The notes beneath the pieces are model-generated. The model had not been told where the DNA came from. It worked only from the letters and a program-made list of their open reading frames with translations, and did no database searches. Source: Firmicutes bacterium UBA4916 (lineage in GTDB: Bacteria; Bacillota; Clostridia; Tissierellales; Tepidimicrobiaceae). Taken from it: a stretch of 64,000 nucleotides of DNA. The number at the start of each line of letters is the position of its first letter. Within the stretch, counting starts at the first letter, position 1. The stretch spans positions 4,475 to 68,474 of the forward strand of contig DHBY01000061.1 in the NCBI GenBank assembly GCA_002398845.1, given 5' to 3'. This document shows, piece after piece, positions 1 to 9,889 of this stretch. The translations under genes and the position numbers were made by a program.

Positions 1-438
1 ATCGTCCTTTGAATATCCTACATCTATTATCATATCTTCCATTTTAATGGCCTTATTGATTTCAGATTTTTCTTGTAGATGAGGTGGTTTGGAACCAATA
101 ACTCCAAATAAATCTTTCTCCCCATGCACTATTACTTCTTGTCCTAAAACAGTTCTAGGGTCTATACCCCCGATATTTGTAAACCTTATAAATCCATTAT
201 CTTCAATGTATTTAACCATTAATCCTATTTCATCCATATGTCCTGAAAGCATAATCTTTATGTTGGAGCCATTACTACTTTTACCTTTTTTTAGTGCAAT
301 TATGTTTCCTAGACTATCTATTGATATATCATCTGCATATTTTTCAAAAGCAGATATTATAGTATCATTTAATCTAGATTCATGTCCAGAAACGCCGCTA
401 CTATTACTCAATACTTCTAATAATTCTTTAGCGTCCAA
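1..438 (-). CDS. M42 family metallopeptidase, 5' part (runs off window start)
   Basis: Not in ORF track. Manual translation from TTG at 438 (GGGGGG SD upstream): MDAKELLEVLSNSSGVSGHE...IMLSGHMDEIGLMVKYIEDNGFIRFTNIGGIDPRTVLGQEV; HMDE metal motif and GGIDP are M42 hallmarks. Confidence 0.9.
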   Translation of the reverse strand, partial: MDAKELLEVLSNSSGVSGHESRLNDTIISAFEKYADDISIDSLGNIIALKKGKSSNGSNIKIMLSGHMDEIGLMVKYIEDNGFIRFTNIGGIDPRTVLGQEVIVHGEKDLFGVIGSKPPHLQEKSEINKAIKMEDMIIDVGYSKDD

Positions 439-499
439 TATTAACCCCCCTTATGTATTTAATTGAATTACATATATATTAATAATAAAATTAAACTAA

Positions 500-1276
500 T
501 CAATTTATCTTTTTATAAAAAAAGGTTTTTATAGATCGAAAATTATACTTTTCTGGAAAAATAATCTGTTCTGTGCTTCCAACAAAGAAAATTCCATCTT
601 TGCTTAAACTTTGATGAAATTTATTATATAGTAGTTCTTTGGCTTCATCTGTGAAATATATCATTACATTTCTACAAGTAATTAAGTCCATGTTTTGGGG
701 GAATGGATCTTTAAGAAGGTCTATTTTTTTAAATTCCACTTGATTTTTTATTTTATCTTTAATTTTGTATGAACTTTCAATCCTATCAAAATATTTCTCC
801 TTAAATTCGACTGGTAGATTAAATAATGCTTTTTCACTATAAAGCCCAACTTTTGCTTTCTCTATTGCACCATTATCAATATCAGTGGCTAAAACTTTTA
901 TATTTTTTAAATCATAAAACCTAGTTAATAACATAACCAAAGAATAAGGTTCTTCGCCAGTTGAACAAGCAGAACTCCATATTTTTAATTGAGTTTTATT
1001 ATTATCCATTAAACTTGGTATTATATGTTTTTCCAATACCTGCCACTGTGATGGGTTCCTATAAAATTCAGAAACATTGATTGTAAGATAATTTATAAAT
1101 TGATTAAGCATTATCTTATCGGTTTTTAAAGCCAAAAAATACTCATCAAAATCATCAAATCCATTTCTGTTCATTAGGGAAGTAATTCTTCTTTTCATTT
1201 GCTTTTCCTTATAATAATTTAAATCAATATTTATTAAATTGTTAATATTTTTCTTAAATACATCATACTTGTCCAT
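500..1276 (-). CDS. cheR: Chemotaxis protein-glutamate O-methyltransferase CheR
   Basis: TINVSEFYRN, IWSSACSTGEEPYSL, ATDID, CRNVMIYF motifs. Confidence 0.95.
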   Translation of the reverse strand: MDKYDVFKKNINNLINIDLNYYKEKQMKRRITSLMNRNGFDDFDEYFLALKTDKIMLNQFINYLTINVSEFYRNPSQWQVLEKHIIPSLMDNNKTQLKIWSSACSTGEEPYSLVMLLTRFYDLKNIKVLATDIDNGAIEKAKVGLYSEKALFNLPVEFKEKYFDRIESSYKIKDKIKNQVEFKKIDLLKDPFPQNMDLITCRNVMIYFTDEAKELLYNKFHQSLSKDGIFFVGSTEQIIFPEKYNFRSIKTFFYKKIN

Positions 1277-1319
1277 GAAAACCCCCTAAAGGATATTATG
1301 TTTTTCTAGAATATCATAT

Positions 1320-1350
1320 AAAAATTTCTGTGACAAAAAGTCACAGAAAT
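1320..1350 (-). terminator. Intrinsic terminator downstream of ispH-rpsA
   Basis: 11-bp inverted repeat ATTTCTGTGAC(1324-1334)/GTCACAGAAAT(1340-1350), U-run on minus strand. Confidence 0.75.
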
Positions 1351-1440
1351 AATGTAAAGGGGGTCTTGATGTAGTTTGTGAGGTCACGTTTATTATTCTA
1401 TACAACAATAAAATATTTATACATCAAAACCTTTACATTA

Positions 1441-3414
1441 TTATTTATTTTTAATAATATCCTCTATTTTTACATCTATATCTTCATTTTCTATTATTTC
1501 ATTTTTTTCTTCATCTTCATCTTCATCTTCTTCTACTTCTTTTATGCTTAAGCTAACTTTTTTATCTTCCTCATTAATATCGATAATTTTAACAGCAACT
1601 TGATCACCTATTTTTAACTTATCAGATGGTTTATTTACATGTTCCCTAGAAATCTGAGATACATGGACTAATCCATCAACGCCTTCTTCTAATCTTATAA
1701 AAGCCCCAAAATCCAAGACATTAACAACCTTACCTGTAGTTATATCCCCTATTTTTCTATTTTTAATAAAAATATCCCATGGTTGAGGTAGAATTTGTTT
1801 TAATCCTAAAGATATTCTATTTTTTCCCTTATCAAAATCTAGAACCTGTACCTTAATTTTATCACCAATGCTTACAACCTCTGACGGATGATTTATTCTA
1901 AACCATGATAAATCCGAAATATGAACCAATCCATCCAATCCACCTATATCAACAAAAGCTCCAAAGTCAGTTAATCTTTTAACTTCACCATCAATAACTT
2001 TTTCAACTTCTAAGCTATTCCAAAGTTCTTCCCTTTTTTTCTTTAATTCAGCCTTTTCTATTTCTTTACTAGATAGTATAACCCTTTTTTTGTCTAAGTT
2101 AAAATCTATTAGCTTAGCAGTTAATATTTTCCCTTTGTAATCACTTAAATTGTCTACATAGGCTACTGATATCTGAGAAGCTGGCATAAAACCTGCTATA
2201 CCATTAACTAATACAGATAAGCCTCCTTTAACATCAGACAAAACTTTACATTCTACTTCTTCTTTATTCTCATAAATTCTGTTTAATTCTTCCCATCCTT
2301 TAATGGATTCAAGTCTTTTTGTAGAAAGTACAACATTTCCTTCACCATCATCTAATTTAACTATATATACTTCTATCTCATCCCCTTCTTTAAACATCTC
2401 TTTTGGTTTAACATCAGGGTCATTAGATAGTTCCTCTCTATTTATTATTCCATCAGACTTATAATTGATATTTACCATTACTTCGTTTTCTGTTACATAT
2501 ATTACCTTGCCTTTTACAACATCTCCTCTATGGATTTTTACTAGTGAGTTTTCTATTGCCTCCATTATTTCATCGTTATTAATATTGTCCATTGTATCAA
2601 CAACCTCCTTAATTATCCAATCAGGTGTTGAAGCACCTGCAGTTATTCCTATTGTATTAAATTTTGATAGCTCTTGTAAATATAAATCTTTAGATATTTC
2701 AATATGATAAACATTATTGCAATACTTTTTACTTATTTCTACCAACTTATTAGTATTAGAACTATTGTAACCACCAATAACAATCATTGCATCTACCTTT
2801 TTTGCTAACTCTTCACAGGCTTTTTGTCTTAAATTCGTTGCATTACAGATGGTATTAAATACCTTCACTTCATTTCCCTTACTAGCAAGAATATTAGATA
2901 AACTTTCAAACTTTTCTAAGGTATTTGTAGTCTGTGAAACTATGCATATTTTATCATAATGGGGAACATTTATTGCTTCTTCTTCATTATTTACAATAAT
3001 CCCCTCATTATTACACCAACCATTTATACCAATTATTTCTGGATGATTTTTATCACCTATTATTATAATCTTATATCCTTTATTATTATATTCTTCTACC
3101 TTTTTATGAACAGATTTCACAAAAGGGCATGTACAATCTATTAATTCCAAATTTAGTTCTTCTATTTCTTTTTGCAAGCTATAGGGCACGCCATGAGCTC
3201 TTATGATGACTTTTCCATCATTTAATCCATTAACGCTTTCTATAACCCTTAAGCCTTCTCTCTGAAGCTTATCAACGACCTGAGGGTTATGGACTAATGG
3301 TCCCAATGAATAAGTTGGTATATTATTTGAGTCTTTTAAAGTTCCAATAGCAGTATCAACTGCTCTTTTTACACCAAAACAATATCCTGCTTGTTCAGCA
3401 ATATATACTTTCAC
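1441..3414 (-). CDS. ispH: Bifunctional 4-hydroxy-3-methylbut-2-enyl diphosphate reductase / 30S ribosomal protein S1
   Basis: N-half: GYCFGVKRA, CTCPFV, QTT, TICNAT, SSNT, GITAGASTP (IspH); C-half: four S1 domains (FGAFVDIGGLDGLVHISDL, FGAFIRL..GVDGLVHVSQI). Confidence 0.95.
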   Translation of the reverse strand: MKVYIAEQAGYCFGVKRAVDTAIGTLKDSNNIPTYSLGPLVHNPQVVDKLQREGLRVIESVNGLNDGKVIIRAHGVPYSLQKEIEELNLELIDCTCPFVKSVHKKVEEYNNKGYKIIIIGDKNHPEIIGINGWCNNEGIIVNNEEEAINVPHYDKICIVSQTTNTLEKFESLSNILASKGNEVKVFNTICNATNLRQKACEELAKKVDAMIVIGGYNSSNTNKLVEISKKYCNNVYHIEISKDLYLQELSKFNTIGITAGASTPDWIIKEVVDTMDNINNDEIMEAIENSLVKIHRGDVVKGKVIYVTENEVMVNINYKSDGIINREELSNDPDVKPKEMFKEGDEIEVYIVKLDDGEGNVVLSTKRLESIKGWEELNRIYENKEEVECKVLSDVKGGLSVLVNGIAGFMPASQISVAYVDNLSDYKGKILTAKLIDFNLDKKRVILSSKEIEKAELKKKREELWNSLEVEKVIDGEVKRLTDFGAFVDIGGLDGLVHISDLSWFRINHPSEVVSIGDKIKVQVLDFDKGKNRISLGLKQILPQPWDIFIKNRKIGDITTGKVVNVLDFGAFIRLEEGVDGLVHVSQISREHVNKPSDKLKIGDQVAVKIIDINEEDKKVSLSIKEVEEDEDEDEEKNEIIENEDIDVKIEDIIKNK

Positions 3415-3425
3415 ACCTTTTCCTC

Positions 3426-4010
3426 CTAAATAGTTTTTAGTGAATATATTGATTTCATAATATCTCTACTAATATTTTGGTAATCTTCAGTATTAAGTTT
3501 TTTACCATAAGAATCACCAAAGTAAATAGGTTCCCCAATTTTTATCTTTACTTTACTAAATGGTTTGTACTTGGATTCAATAAATACAGGAATAACTGGT
3601 GATTTACCTTTTATGCTTATTAGGCCAATCCCTGGTTTTGCATTATCTAAATTCATATCATATACTCTAGTGCCTTCAGGGAAAATACCCAATATTTTTT
3701 CATCTTTTAATACCCTCAAAGATGTTTTTATAGCTATTATATTTGAGCCTTTCCTATCTATTGGAAAAGCACCTAAACTATAGAATAATTTTGATAATAT
3801 CTTATTTTCAAATAATTCCTTTTTAGCCATAAATGATATAGGTCTAGGTATAGCTATAGCTAACATAATAGGATCTAAATTGCTAATATGATTTGAACAT
3901 AAAATCAGTCTTCCTTTTTTCGGAATGTTCTTCCTTCCATTAATATCTATTCTAAATATTATCCTAAAAATAACATTAACAAGAAATCTTGCTATATGAT
4001 AAAAATACAA
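3426..4010 (-). CDS. plsC: 1-acyl-sn-glycerol-3-phosphate acyltransferase
   Basis: NHISNLD (NHx4D), FMAKKELF, IFPEGTR; cmk-plsC-ispH synteny. Confidence 0.92.
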   Translation of the reverse strand: MYFYHIARFLVNVIFRIIFRIDINGRKNIPKKGRLILCSNHISNLDPIMLAIAIPRPISFMAKKELFENKILSKLFYSLGAFPIDRKGSNIIAIKTSLRVLKDEKILGIFPEGTRVYDMNLDNAKPGIGLISIKGKSPVIPVFIESKYKPFSKVKIKIGEPIYFGDSYGKKLNTEDYQNISRDIMKSIYSLKTI

Positions 4011-4014
4011 TTAG

Positions 4015-4677
4015 CTACCTCCCTTCAATTATATTAATAATTTCATCAACACCCTCTTCAATAGTCTTATTTGTAGTATCAATTTCAAATGCATCTGCAG
4101 CTTTTTTTAAGGGAGCAACTTTTCTTGTACTATCTATTTTATCCCTTTCTAGAATTTCTGCTAAAGTTTGCTCATAGGAAATATTTTTTTCATTTCTTTC
4201 TAATAATTCTTTATATCTTCTTCTTGCTCTTTCTTCAACGGAAGCAGTAACAAAAAACTTAAAATTTGCATTTGGTAAAACTACTGTTCCTATATCTCTA
4301 CCATCCATAATAATATTACTTTCTTTTGCCATTTTTTGTTGCACTTTTACCATTTCTTCTCTAACTTCTTTAATCTTAGCAACATTTGAAACATTATTAT
4401 TTATAATATTTTTTCTAATTTCTTCATCTACCCTTGTCCCATCTAAAAATATATGATTATCCTTAAAGTAGATTGAAGTAGAATTAATTATTTTTATGAT
4501 ATTTTTTATATCCTTTGAATCAACTCCAGCCTTTATAATTTTTAAAGTCAGCGCTCTATACATAGCTCCAGTATCTATGTACTCTACTTGCAATATTTCA
4601 GCAATTTTTTTTGCTATAGTGCTTTTACCTGCTCCTGCAGGTCCGTCTACTGCAATAACCAATCTATCATTGACCAT
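4015..4677 (-). CDS. cmk: Cytidylate kinase
   Basis: IAVDGPAGAGKST, DTGAMYR, MDGRDIGTVV; start moved to ATG 4677 behind AGGAGG. Confidence 0.95.
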   Translation of the reverse strand: MVNDRLVIAVDGPAGAGKSTIAKKIAEILQVEYIDTGAMYRALTLKIIKAGVDSKDIKNIIKIINSTSIYFKDNHIFLDGTRVDEEIRKNIINNNVSNVAKIKEVREEMVKVQQKMAKESNIIMDGRDIGTVVLPNANFKFFVTASVEERARRRYKELLERNEKNISYEQTLAEILERDKIDSTRKVAPLKKAADAFEIDTTNKTIEEGVDEIINIIEGR

Positions 4678-4726
4678 GGCAATCCTCCTAATAAAATAAT
4701 AACCACCCATTGGTGGCATTGCTGTT

Positions 4727-5098
4727 TTATTTATTTAAATCAGGTCTCAATGTTTTTGCATCTCTAAGGTAGATATGTTTTACGTTTCTTTGTTCTAAAG
4801 AGCCTTGGTATAGAACCATGACTCTGATACATTTATTTATGCTACCTACAACTTCCATTTCATTAAAGCACATTAAACCACATTGAGTATATCCTAATAA
4901 TCTAGCAGCCTTGGCAGGGTATTCGGCAGTTAAGTCTTTAGTTGACGAAAATAAAATACTGATTACATTTTCTCTATTTAAATTATTTTTATTTTCTATT
5001 TCCAGTAATAATTCCTTTGTGCTAATGATTATCTCCTTTTCATTATTTTCCTTAAGAGTAATAGCCCCTCTAATTGATGTTGTATTCAATTTTACCAC
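4727..5098 (-). CDS. aroH: AroH-type chorismate mutase
   Basis: IRGAIT, DLTAEYPAKAAR, CIRVMV, HIYLRDAKTLRPDL. Confidence 0.92.
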   Translation of the reverse strand: MVKLNTTSIRGAITLKENNEKEIIISTKELLLEIENKNNLNRENVISILFSSTKDLTAEYPAKAARLLGYTQCGLMCFNEMEVVGSINKCIRVMVLYQGSLEQRNVKHIYLRDAKTLRPDLNK

Positions 5099-5139
5099 TT
5101 CCCTTAATAATTATATATTAAAACCAATATTCAAACAAG

Positions 5140-5586
5140 CTATTTTAATTGAACTTTACCTAAAATTTCTATACTCTGGGATGTAGTTAAAATTGTATCT
5201 AGTTTTGGAGTTTCAATATTGTTACTAATGCCAACGACTTTAATATTTAAATTCTCACTATATTTTGTGCCATCTATTTCAATTATATCGTTATCATATA
5301 CATATATTTTTATTTCATCATTATTTATAAAGTTTCCAACAGAGTCCCCATTTAATAATATTTCTATTTCATTGTAGATAGAAGTTATATTTTTTAAAAT
5401 AACTATACCTTTTTCTGGTACCTCTGTATTAGAAAAAGGTATAAACCTATTTTTATTATTAAATCTAGAAGTATAAATTGTATAATTATCATCATAATTT
5501 AAAAACTGTATAATAAGTAAGAATGATATAGATAAGATTGACAGTATAATTATAATCTTTTCTAATTTGTTAAATGTAGATTTCAT
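5140..5586 (-). CDS. Hypothetical membrane-anchored protein
   Basis: Strong SD (AGGAGG), one N-terminal hydrophobic helix, beta-rich soluble domain. Confidence 0.7.
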   Translation of the reverse strand: MKSTFNKLEKIIIILSILSISFLLIIQFLNYDDNYTIYTSRFNNKNRFIPFSNTEVPEKGIVILKNITSIYNEIEILLNGDSVGNFINNDEIKIYVYDNDIIEIDGTKYSENLNIKVVGISNNIETPKLDTILTTSQSIEILGKVQLK

Positions 5587-5668
5587 ATTAGCCTCCTAAT
5601 CCATTAATTATTAATACTTTATGCATATTGTTTACAATTAATGAAAAGATTATAAGGCTTTCATGCTA

Positions 5669-6892
5669 TTATACATTAATGCCTGCCAAATAGCCGGTAG
5701 AATAAGCTATCTGAAGATTATAGCCTCCTGTCAAAGCATCAACATCTATGACTTCTCCTGCAAAGAATAATCCAGGCAGAAGCTTAGACTCCATAGTAGA
5801 AGGATCGATCTCTTTTATAGATACCCCTCCAGAGGTTACAATTGCTTCCTCTATTGGCCTTAAGTTTTTAAAAGTCAAAGGTAAGTTTTTTATTGTATCA
5901 ATTAATCTTATTCTCTCCAGTTTTGTAATTTGATTAACAGGCTTTTCTCCATTGATAGAGGATATTTTGATAATTATTGGAATAAGTTTTTGTGGCAATA
6001 GCTTACCTAAACTATTATTAATTTGTCTATTTTTAAATTCTTCAAAATCCCTCAATATCCTTTTATCAAGTTTCTCATCTGTTAATGCAGGTTTTAAATC
6101 TATAAATAATTTTATATTTTTGTTTATGCAGGTATTGATATGATTACTCATAGATAATACAATAGGTCCAGAAATACCATAATGAGTGAAAAGCATTTCA
6201 CCAAATTCCTCATGAATCATTTTTCCATCTGCTGAAGCTTTTAATTTTACATTTTTTAATGACAAACCTTGGACTTCTTTAACCCATTCTTCTTTAGTTT
6301 CAATAGGCACTAATGATGGCTTTAATGGTTCTATAGAATGTCCAAGCTTCCTTGCAAAAGTATATCCATCCCCTGTTGATCCAGTTAATGGATATGATTT
6401 TCCTCCTGTAGCTATTACTAGTTTGTCAAAGGATTCCTTAGTCTCATCCCCAAATATAACTATAAACTTGCCTTCCTTAAAATATATATCTTTAACTTTT
6501 TTATTTAATAATATATTTACATTGTTAGCTTCTAAAAATTTATTAAATGCCTTTATAACATCACTAGATTTATCTGAAAGAGGAAATACCCTATTGCCTC
6601 TTTCAACTTTAGTTTTCAACCCGTAGGATTCTAAAAGAGTTATTATATCTCTATTGGTAAAAGAATAAAAACTACTATATAAAAAAGTATAATTTGTAAT
6701 CACATTTTCAAAGAAATCTTCAATTGGAGAAGCATTAGTAATATTACATCTTCCTTTTCCTGTTATAAATAGTTTTTTACCTATTCGATTGTTTTTTTCA
6801 ATCAATGTTACACTTTTCCCCTTTGAACCAGCAAATCCAGCTGATACTATTCCTGCAGGTCCACCGCCTATTACTCCGACCTTTTCTTCCAT
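5669..6892 (-). CDS. HI0933/YhiN/BaiN-family NAD(P)/FAD-dependent oxidoreductase
   Basis: GGGPAG, ITGKGRCNITN, ATGGKSYP.TGSTGDG, GEMLFTHYGISGP, TGGYNLQIAYSTG. Confidence 0.92.
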   Translation of the reverse strand: MEEKVGVIGGGPAGIVSAGFAGSKGKSVTLIEKNNRIGKKLFITGKGRCNITNASPIEDFFENVITNYTFLYSSFYSFTNRDIITLLESYGLKTKVERGNRVFPLSDKSSDVIKAFNKFLEANNVNILLNKKVKDIYFKEGKFIVIFGDETKESFDKLVIATGGKSYPLTGSTGDGYTFARKLGHSIEPLKPSLVPIETKEEWVKEVQGLSLKNVKLKASADGKMIHEEFGEMLFTHYGISGPIVLSMSNHINTCINKNIKLFIDLKPALTDEKLDKRILRDFEEFKNRQINNSLGKLLPQKLIPIIIKISSINGEKPVNQITKLERIRLIDTIKNLPLTFKNLRPIEEAIVTSGGVSIKEIDPSTMESKLLPGLFFAGEVIDVDALTGGYNLQIAYSTGYLAGINV

Positions 6893-6893
6893 A

Positions 6894-7508
6894 TTATTTA
6901 TTCTCCTTTATATGACATGTATCGTTTATAACCTTAAGTACTCTGTTATAATCTCTAATTTCAATAATAGTTAAGCTCACATTATCTAAAGTTAAATTCT
7001 TAAAATAGGTTAAATCAATATCTAATAAACCTAAAATTATTGTCTTTAAAGTAGCACTATGAGAGACTATTAATATATTATCATCTTTTCCATTTCTCAT
7101 GATCTTATTAATTCCATTCATGGCCCTTGATTGTAATTCTTCTAAGGATTCAGCGCCTTCTATTTTTAACTTTTCAGGCACCCTTTTCCACATAAGATAT
7201 TCATCATGATACTTTAATAACATTTTCTCATTGGACATGCCTTCCCATATTCCAAAATTAATTTCCCTAAATTCTTCCATAGGAATTACATTAATATTTA
7301 GTTTTCCTCCAATAATTTCCGCTGTATTAAATGCTCTTATAAGATCACTCGAATATATTCTATCTATTTTTTCATTCATTAATCTATTTCCAATCAAATT
7401 AGCTTGTTTAAGTCCTCCTTCTGTAAGAGGAATATCTTGTTGCCCTTGTATCTTTTTTAATGTATTCCATTGAGATTCTCCATGTCTTACTAAAAAAATT
7501 TTTCTCAT
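6894..7508 (-). CDS. Histidine phosphatase (phosphoglycerate mutase-like) family protein
   Basis: LVRHGES, YSSDLIRA, EINFGIWEG, LIVSH. Confidence 0.9.
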   Translation of the reverse strand: MRKIFLVRHGESQWNTLKKIQGQQDIPLTEGGLKQANLIGNRLMNEKIDRIYSSDLIRAFNTAEIIGGKLNINVIPMEEFREINFGIWEGMSNEKMLLKYHDEYLMWKRVPEKLKIEGAESLEELQSRAMNGINKIMRNGKDDNILIVSHSATLKTIILGLLDIDLTYFKNLTLDNVSLTIIEIRDYNRVLKVINDTCHIKENK

Positions 7509-7610
7509 ATCAATACCTCCAACTTTAATTGTATATTAAATATTATAACAGAATTATTTATTTTTTGTTGTATATCATTTATGATAACATTAATTATGAT
7601 ACATTAGTAT

Positions 7611-7648
7611 AAAAACTAAGACTACCTATTTAGGCAGTCTTAGTTTTT
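7611..7648 (-). terminator. Intrinsic terminator of oxidoreductase-RpiR operon
   Basis: AAAAACTAAGACTACCTA...TAGGCAGTCTTAGTTTTT inverted repeat overlapping the RpiR stop. Confidence 0.75.
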
Positions 7649-8515
7649 ACTTTTATTATTTGTATCGTATACACCATGCTTTTTCCATATATTTTCCAAG
7701 TCCTCAAAGTAAGTAGTAATATCATCTCTTTTTTCAATTCCAATAGCCACAATAAAAGCATTTATTAAGCTCATAGGAGCTACTAGAGAATCAACGAAGG
7801 ATAACATATTGCTGCTTGCTATTAATGTAACATCTGAATATTGTGCTGCAGGTGATATCAAACTATCCGTAATACCAACTACTTTGCATCCTTTTCCCTT
7901 ACCATAATCCAGTGCATCTAAAGTTCTTTTTGAATACCTTGGATAAGATATACCGATAATTACATCATTATCCTTAGCTTTTAATAACTGTTCAAAAACA
8001 TCATTAGGACCAGATGTTACAATACTAACACTGTCAAGCAAAAATTTCAAATAAAAACCTAAATATCCTGCTAAGAACGAGGAAGATCTAAGGCCTAATA
8101 CATATACGTTTTCTGCTTCTAAAGTTATTTCTACAGCTTTTTGAAAAGTATGATAATCAATTTCATTAAGGGTCTTTTCTATATTCCCCATGTCCTTTTT
8201 TATAACTTGTTTCAAGGAATTTTCATCATCTGTAAAATCTTTACTTAAAGAAATCCTTTGAACAGTTGTTAACTTGTTTTTTATTAACTCCTGTAACTCT
8301 TTCTGCAGTTCTCTATATCCATCATAGCCAAGGGTATTAGCAAATCTTACTACAGTTGATTCACTTACTCCAACAGTTGCCCCTAAAGTTGCAGCTGTCA
8401 TAAATGCAGCTTTATCATAATTATCCATTATAAATTCAGCTATTAATTTTTGCCCCTTGCTTAGTCTGCTAAAGTTATTTTGAATAACCTTAATTACATC
8501 AACATACTTCTCCAT
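7640..8515 (-). CDS. MurR/RpiR family transcriptional regulator (HTH + SIS)
   Basis: LSKGQKLIAEFI, VGVSESTVVRFANTLGYDGY, ISYPRYS, ITDSLISP. Confidence 0.93.
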   Translation of the reverse strand: MEKYVDVIKVIQNNFSRLSKGQKLIAEFIMDNYDKAAFMTAATLGATVGVSESTVVRFANTLGYDGYRELQKELQELIKNKLTTVQRISLSKDFTDDENSLKQVIKKDMGNIEKTLNEIDYHTFQKAVEITLEAENVYVLGLRSSSFLAGYLGFYLKFLLDSVSIVTSGPNDVFEQLLKAKDNDVIIGISYPRYSKRTLDALDYGKGKGCKVVGITDSLISPAAQYSDVTLIASSNMLSFVDSLVAPMSLINAFIVAIGIEKRDDITTYFEDLENIWKKHGVYDTNNKSKN

Positions 8516-9062
8516 ACGAGCTATCCTTGTGATTTTTTATTAATTTAAATCCTTCTCCTAATGCTTTTTTATTTAATTCTTCTGTTCCACGGGGCACCCT
8601 ACTTAAAACTGCTTTTTCTAGGGACTCTTTACTTACAACTTTAGTCAATTGGTATATGCTGCCTAATGCTATAATATTAGCAACCATTGGCTTATTTAAT
8701 GTGTCTTCAGCTGTCTCTAAAATTGGTATAGAATAAATCTTTATATCATCCCTATTGGGGTGTTCTGTAACAGTATTATCTAAGATCAATACTCCACCAG
8801 GTTTTAACGAATCTATATATTTGTCACAAGCTTTTTGAGTTAATGATAATAACATATCGCATTTATTGACTTTTGGATAATTAATAATATCATCACTTAT
8901 TATTACCTCTGCCTTACTTGCACCACCTCTGGCTTCTGGCCCATAGGATTGGGATTGAACAACATTTTTTCCGTCATGCAAAGCAGCTTCTGCTAGTATT
9001 ATTCCTGCTAAAATAAGACCTTGCCCACCTGAACCGCTCAATCTTAATTCTTGACGTCTCAT
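8499..9062 (-). CDS. 2-oxoacid:ferredoxin oxidoreductase gamma subunit
   Basis: SGSGGQGLIL, QSYGPEARGG, NIIALG. Confidence 0.92.
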   Translation of the reverse strand: MRRQELRLSGSGGQGLILAGIILAEAALHDGKNVVQSQSYGPEARGGASKAEVIISDDIINYPKVNKCDMLLSLTQKACDKYIDSLKPGGVLILDNTVTEHPNRDDIKIYSIPILETAEDTLNKPMVANIIALGSIYQLTKVVSKESLEKAVLSRVPRGTEELNKKALGEGFKLIKNHKDSSYGEVC

Positions 9063-9077
9063 TATTATATCTCTCCT

Positions 9078-9887
9078 TTAAAATGATTCTATGATTTTAT
9101 TATATTGCTCTACATACTCAGGTTTTTGTCCCTTAAATAATTCTCCGACTACAATTTTGTTTTTACGTTTTTCTTCAGGAAGTTTATCATAGGCTACTTT
9201 GTTTACCGCATTTTCCTTTAAATAGTTCATCATATCCACAGCATCACCTTTTTTATTCTTCCTGCCATAATAAGTCGGACAAATGCTTATTGTTTCTACG
9301 AACGAAAACCCTTTGTTCTTTATGCCGTCCTCTACCTGCTTTATAATCATATTAGCCCCATAGACAGTAGCCCTACTTACATAGGTAGCTCCAGCAGCTT
9401 TTGCTAATTCACATAGATCAAAATTAGCATCTATATTACCGTAAGGAGCTGTAGTACCTTTATCGCCTGTTGGCGTAGTTGGAGAATATTGTCCTCCAGT
9501 CATACCATAGATATTATTATTGAATACAACTGCCGTTATATCAATATTTCTTCTTGCAGCATGTATTAAATGATTACCCCCAATAGCTGCACAATCACCG
9601 TCTCCAGTAATTACTATTACATGTAAATCAGGATTGGCAAATTTTATACCTGTTGCAAAAGCTAATGCTCGTCCATGGGTTGTGTGTATAGTATTAAAAT
9701 CCAAGTAGCCTGAAGCCCTTGAAGAGCAACCAATTCCTGATACGATGCACACCTCATCTTGACTTAATCCTAAATTATCTATCGCTTTTACAATTGATCT
9801 TGTAACTATTCCATTTCCACATCCTGGACACCAAATGTGGGGTAAACTCTCAGTTCTAAAGTATTTATCAACTAATTGACTTGGCAA
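9078..9887 (-). CDS. 2-oxoacid:ferredoxin oxidoreductase beta subunit (TPP-binding)
   Basis: WCPGCG, SGIGCS, HTTHGRA, GDGD...NN..YGMTGGQYSPT. Confidence 0.93.
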   Translation of the reverse strand: MPSQLVDKYFRTESLPHIWCPGCGNGIVTRSIVKAIDNLGLSQDEVCIVSGIGCSSRASGYLDFNTIHTTHGRALAFATGIKFANPDLHVIVITGDGDCAAIGGNHLIHAARRNIDITAVVFNNNIYGMTGGQYSPTTPTGDKGTTAPYGNIDANFDLCELAKAAGATYVSRATVYGANMIIKQVEDGIKNKGFSFVETISICPTYYGRKNKKGDAVDMMNYLKENAVNKVAYDKLPEEKRKNKIVVGELFKGQKPEYVEQYNKIIESF

Positions 9888-9889
9888 TT

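Noticed and set aside
500-1276. Orphan cheR as a novel signalling system
   Set aside because: cheR is commonly separate from the main che/fla cluster in Firmicutes
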